Positions 62,164 through 64,000 of a stretch of DNA of 64,000 nt are shown one piece after another (positions within the stretch are counted from its first letter, which is position 1; each line of letters opens with the position of its first letter). A program made the position numbers and the translations under genes. Source of the DNA: Octopus bimaculoides (taxonomy: Eukaryota); assembly GCF_001194135.2 (NCBI RefSeq), contig NC_068990.1, positions 64,048,884 to 64,112,883 on the forward strand, in the 5' to 3' direction. Below the pieces are notes generated by a model. That model ran no database searches. It worked only from the letters and a program-made list of their open reading frames with translations, and was not told the origin of the DNA.

Positions 62164-63649
62164 GTATGTCTGTCTGTCTGTATGTATGTATATACATATA
62201 TATATGTGTATATATATATGTGTGTGTGTGTGTGTATTAAAATTAATCAAAGGATATACTAAGTATGTCTACCTGCTGGAAATAACAGTCAAAACTCTTA
62301 TTTAAATTGCCAAAATACACTGATGATAACTACAGAAATCAACCGAAGGCTGATCAGGTTAATAAAATCTCCTAACGTATATTTAAGTATTTGGACTCAT
62401 GTGGACTGGTTTCTGCACTGGCAAAAATCNNNNNNNNNNNNNNNNNNNNNNNNNNNNNNNNNNNNNNNNNNNNNNNNNNNNNNNNNNNNNNNNNNNNNNN
62501 NNNNNNNNNNNNNNNNNNNNNNNNNNNNNNNNNNNNNNNNNNNNNNNNNNNNNNNNNNNNNNNNNNNNNNNNNNNNNNNNNNNNNNNNNNNNNNNNNNNN
62601 NNNNNNNNNNNNNNNNNNNNNNNNNNNNNNNNNNNNNNNNNNNNNNNNNNNNNNNNNNNNNNNNNNNNNNNNNNNNNNNNNNNNNNNNNNNNNNNNNNNN
62701 NNNNNNNNNNNNNNNNNNNNNNNNNNNNNNNNNNGCACATCTGCTCCTTTTAGTATTACAATTGGCATTATTTGATTGTCTGTCAGAAGAATTTCTAATA
62801 GGAAATCTCTTATTTATCCAACATTTACAATTTTGTAATTCCTATTAGCAAATGAAACATGTATAATGGTGAATAAATAATACCAAAAATTTTTTCTAAC
62901 TTCCTGATTTGATATATACATACATTTGTGTTTGTGTGTGTGCATGTGGCTTTGTGTGTGTGTGTATGTACACGTGTGGCTTTGTGTGTGTGTGTGTGTG
63001 TATATGTTTGTGTGTGTGACTAAGACTGTTGGCAATTTGCTGTGCTTGAGAAAACACATCAAGCCTGATGAAATCATAATCATGGCCAGTGCCAGTGACA
63101 CGTAAAAGGTACCCATGCTGACCACGTTAAAGGCACCTTTGCCAGTGGTACGTTAGAAGCACTTGGTACACTTTGTGGAGTGGTTGGTGTAACGAAGAGC
63201 ATCTAGCTGTAGAAACCAAGTCAAAATGGACTGGAGCCTGGTGCAGCTCTCTGACTTACCAGTTCCAGTCAAACCAACCCATGTCTGCATAGAAAACAGA
63301 TGCTGATGATGATGATGATGATGATGATAATATATGTATCAGAAGATAGACAGACAGACAGACAGACAGACATAGATAGACATGCATATGTGTATGTGTG
63401 TATGAGGTGTGTATGTTTGTGTTTCCTAGTCTGATGCAAACAAGTGTCACTATCATACAAGTAGCTTCATGCATTGCCAATATTCTATGTGAATATGTCT
63501 GGCCATGAAGAAATATTACCAAGCTTGAAAATAGGTGAAGGTTGACAACAAGAAGAACATCCAGTTGTAGAAAATCTGTATCAATAAGCTCCCTCCAACC
63601 CATGAAGGCATGGAAAAGTGGACGTTATTATTATTAGTGTGATTATCAT

Positions 63650-63870
63650 TAAGGCAGAGAACTTGCAGAATTGTTAGCATGGCAGGCAAAAAACTTAGTA
63701 GCATTTCTTCCAGTTCATTACTTTCTGAGTTCAAATTCCACCAGGGTAGATTTTGCATTTTATTTTTTCAAGGCTAATAAAATAAGTACCATTCAGGTAC
63801 TGATGTTGATGTAAATGTCTTACTTCCTCCCCTCAAAATTGCTCACTTTTTGCCAACATTAAAAATAATT
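63650..63870 (+). mobile_element. Family A SINE
   Basis: AAGGCAGAGAACTTGCAGAATTGTTAGC head, GAGTTCAAATTCC. Confidence 0.75.
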
Positions 63871-63937
63871 ATTATTTTGATGATAATGTAATTTTATGTA
63901 TACACAAACATCTATGCATTTATATATATATATATTC

Positions 63938-64000
<63 letters not shown>

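Overview
AT-rich, microsatellite-dense metazoan genomic DNA with several N gaps. The repeat content points to a coleoid cephalopod, probably Octopus (inference). The only host gene I can support is an internal part of an axonemal outer-arm dynein heavy chain (DNAH5/DNAH8-like) on the + strand. It has 14 GT-AG exons (852..55449; 2504 nt, about 834 codons, phase-compatible throughout) covering the end of AAA4, the stalk with its microtubule-binding domain, and AAA5. The gene begins before the window, and the next exon was not found in 55450..64000. Introns (up to 13.5 kb) hold RTE LINEs, R4/Dong-like restriction-endonuclease (RLE) retrotransposon fragments, a Penelope-like RT, mariner relics, hAT/piggyBac/Helentron-type MITEs and many tRNA-derived SINEs. 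Best leads: an RTE LINE with a PHD-type zinc finger inside its RT region and a variable array of 3'UTR stem-loops; an internally deleted RTE with a twin-priming-type 5' inversion; RLE elements and an unclassified non-coding element sitting in (AAT)n microsatellites; a ~410-nt foldback just upstream of a dynein exon; a degenerate hammerhead-like motif. Most ORFs in the supplied track are repeat or gap artefacts. Novelty could not be checked against any database, and repeat boundaries are approximate.
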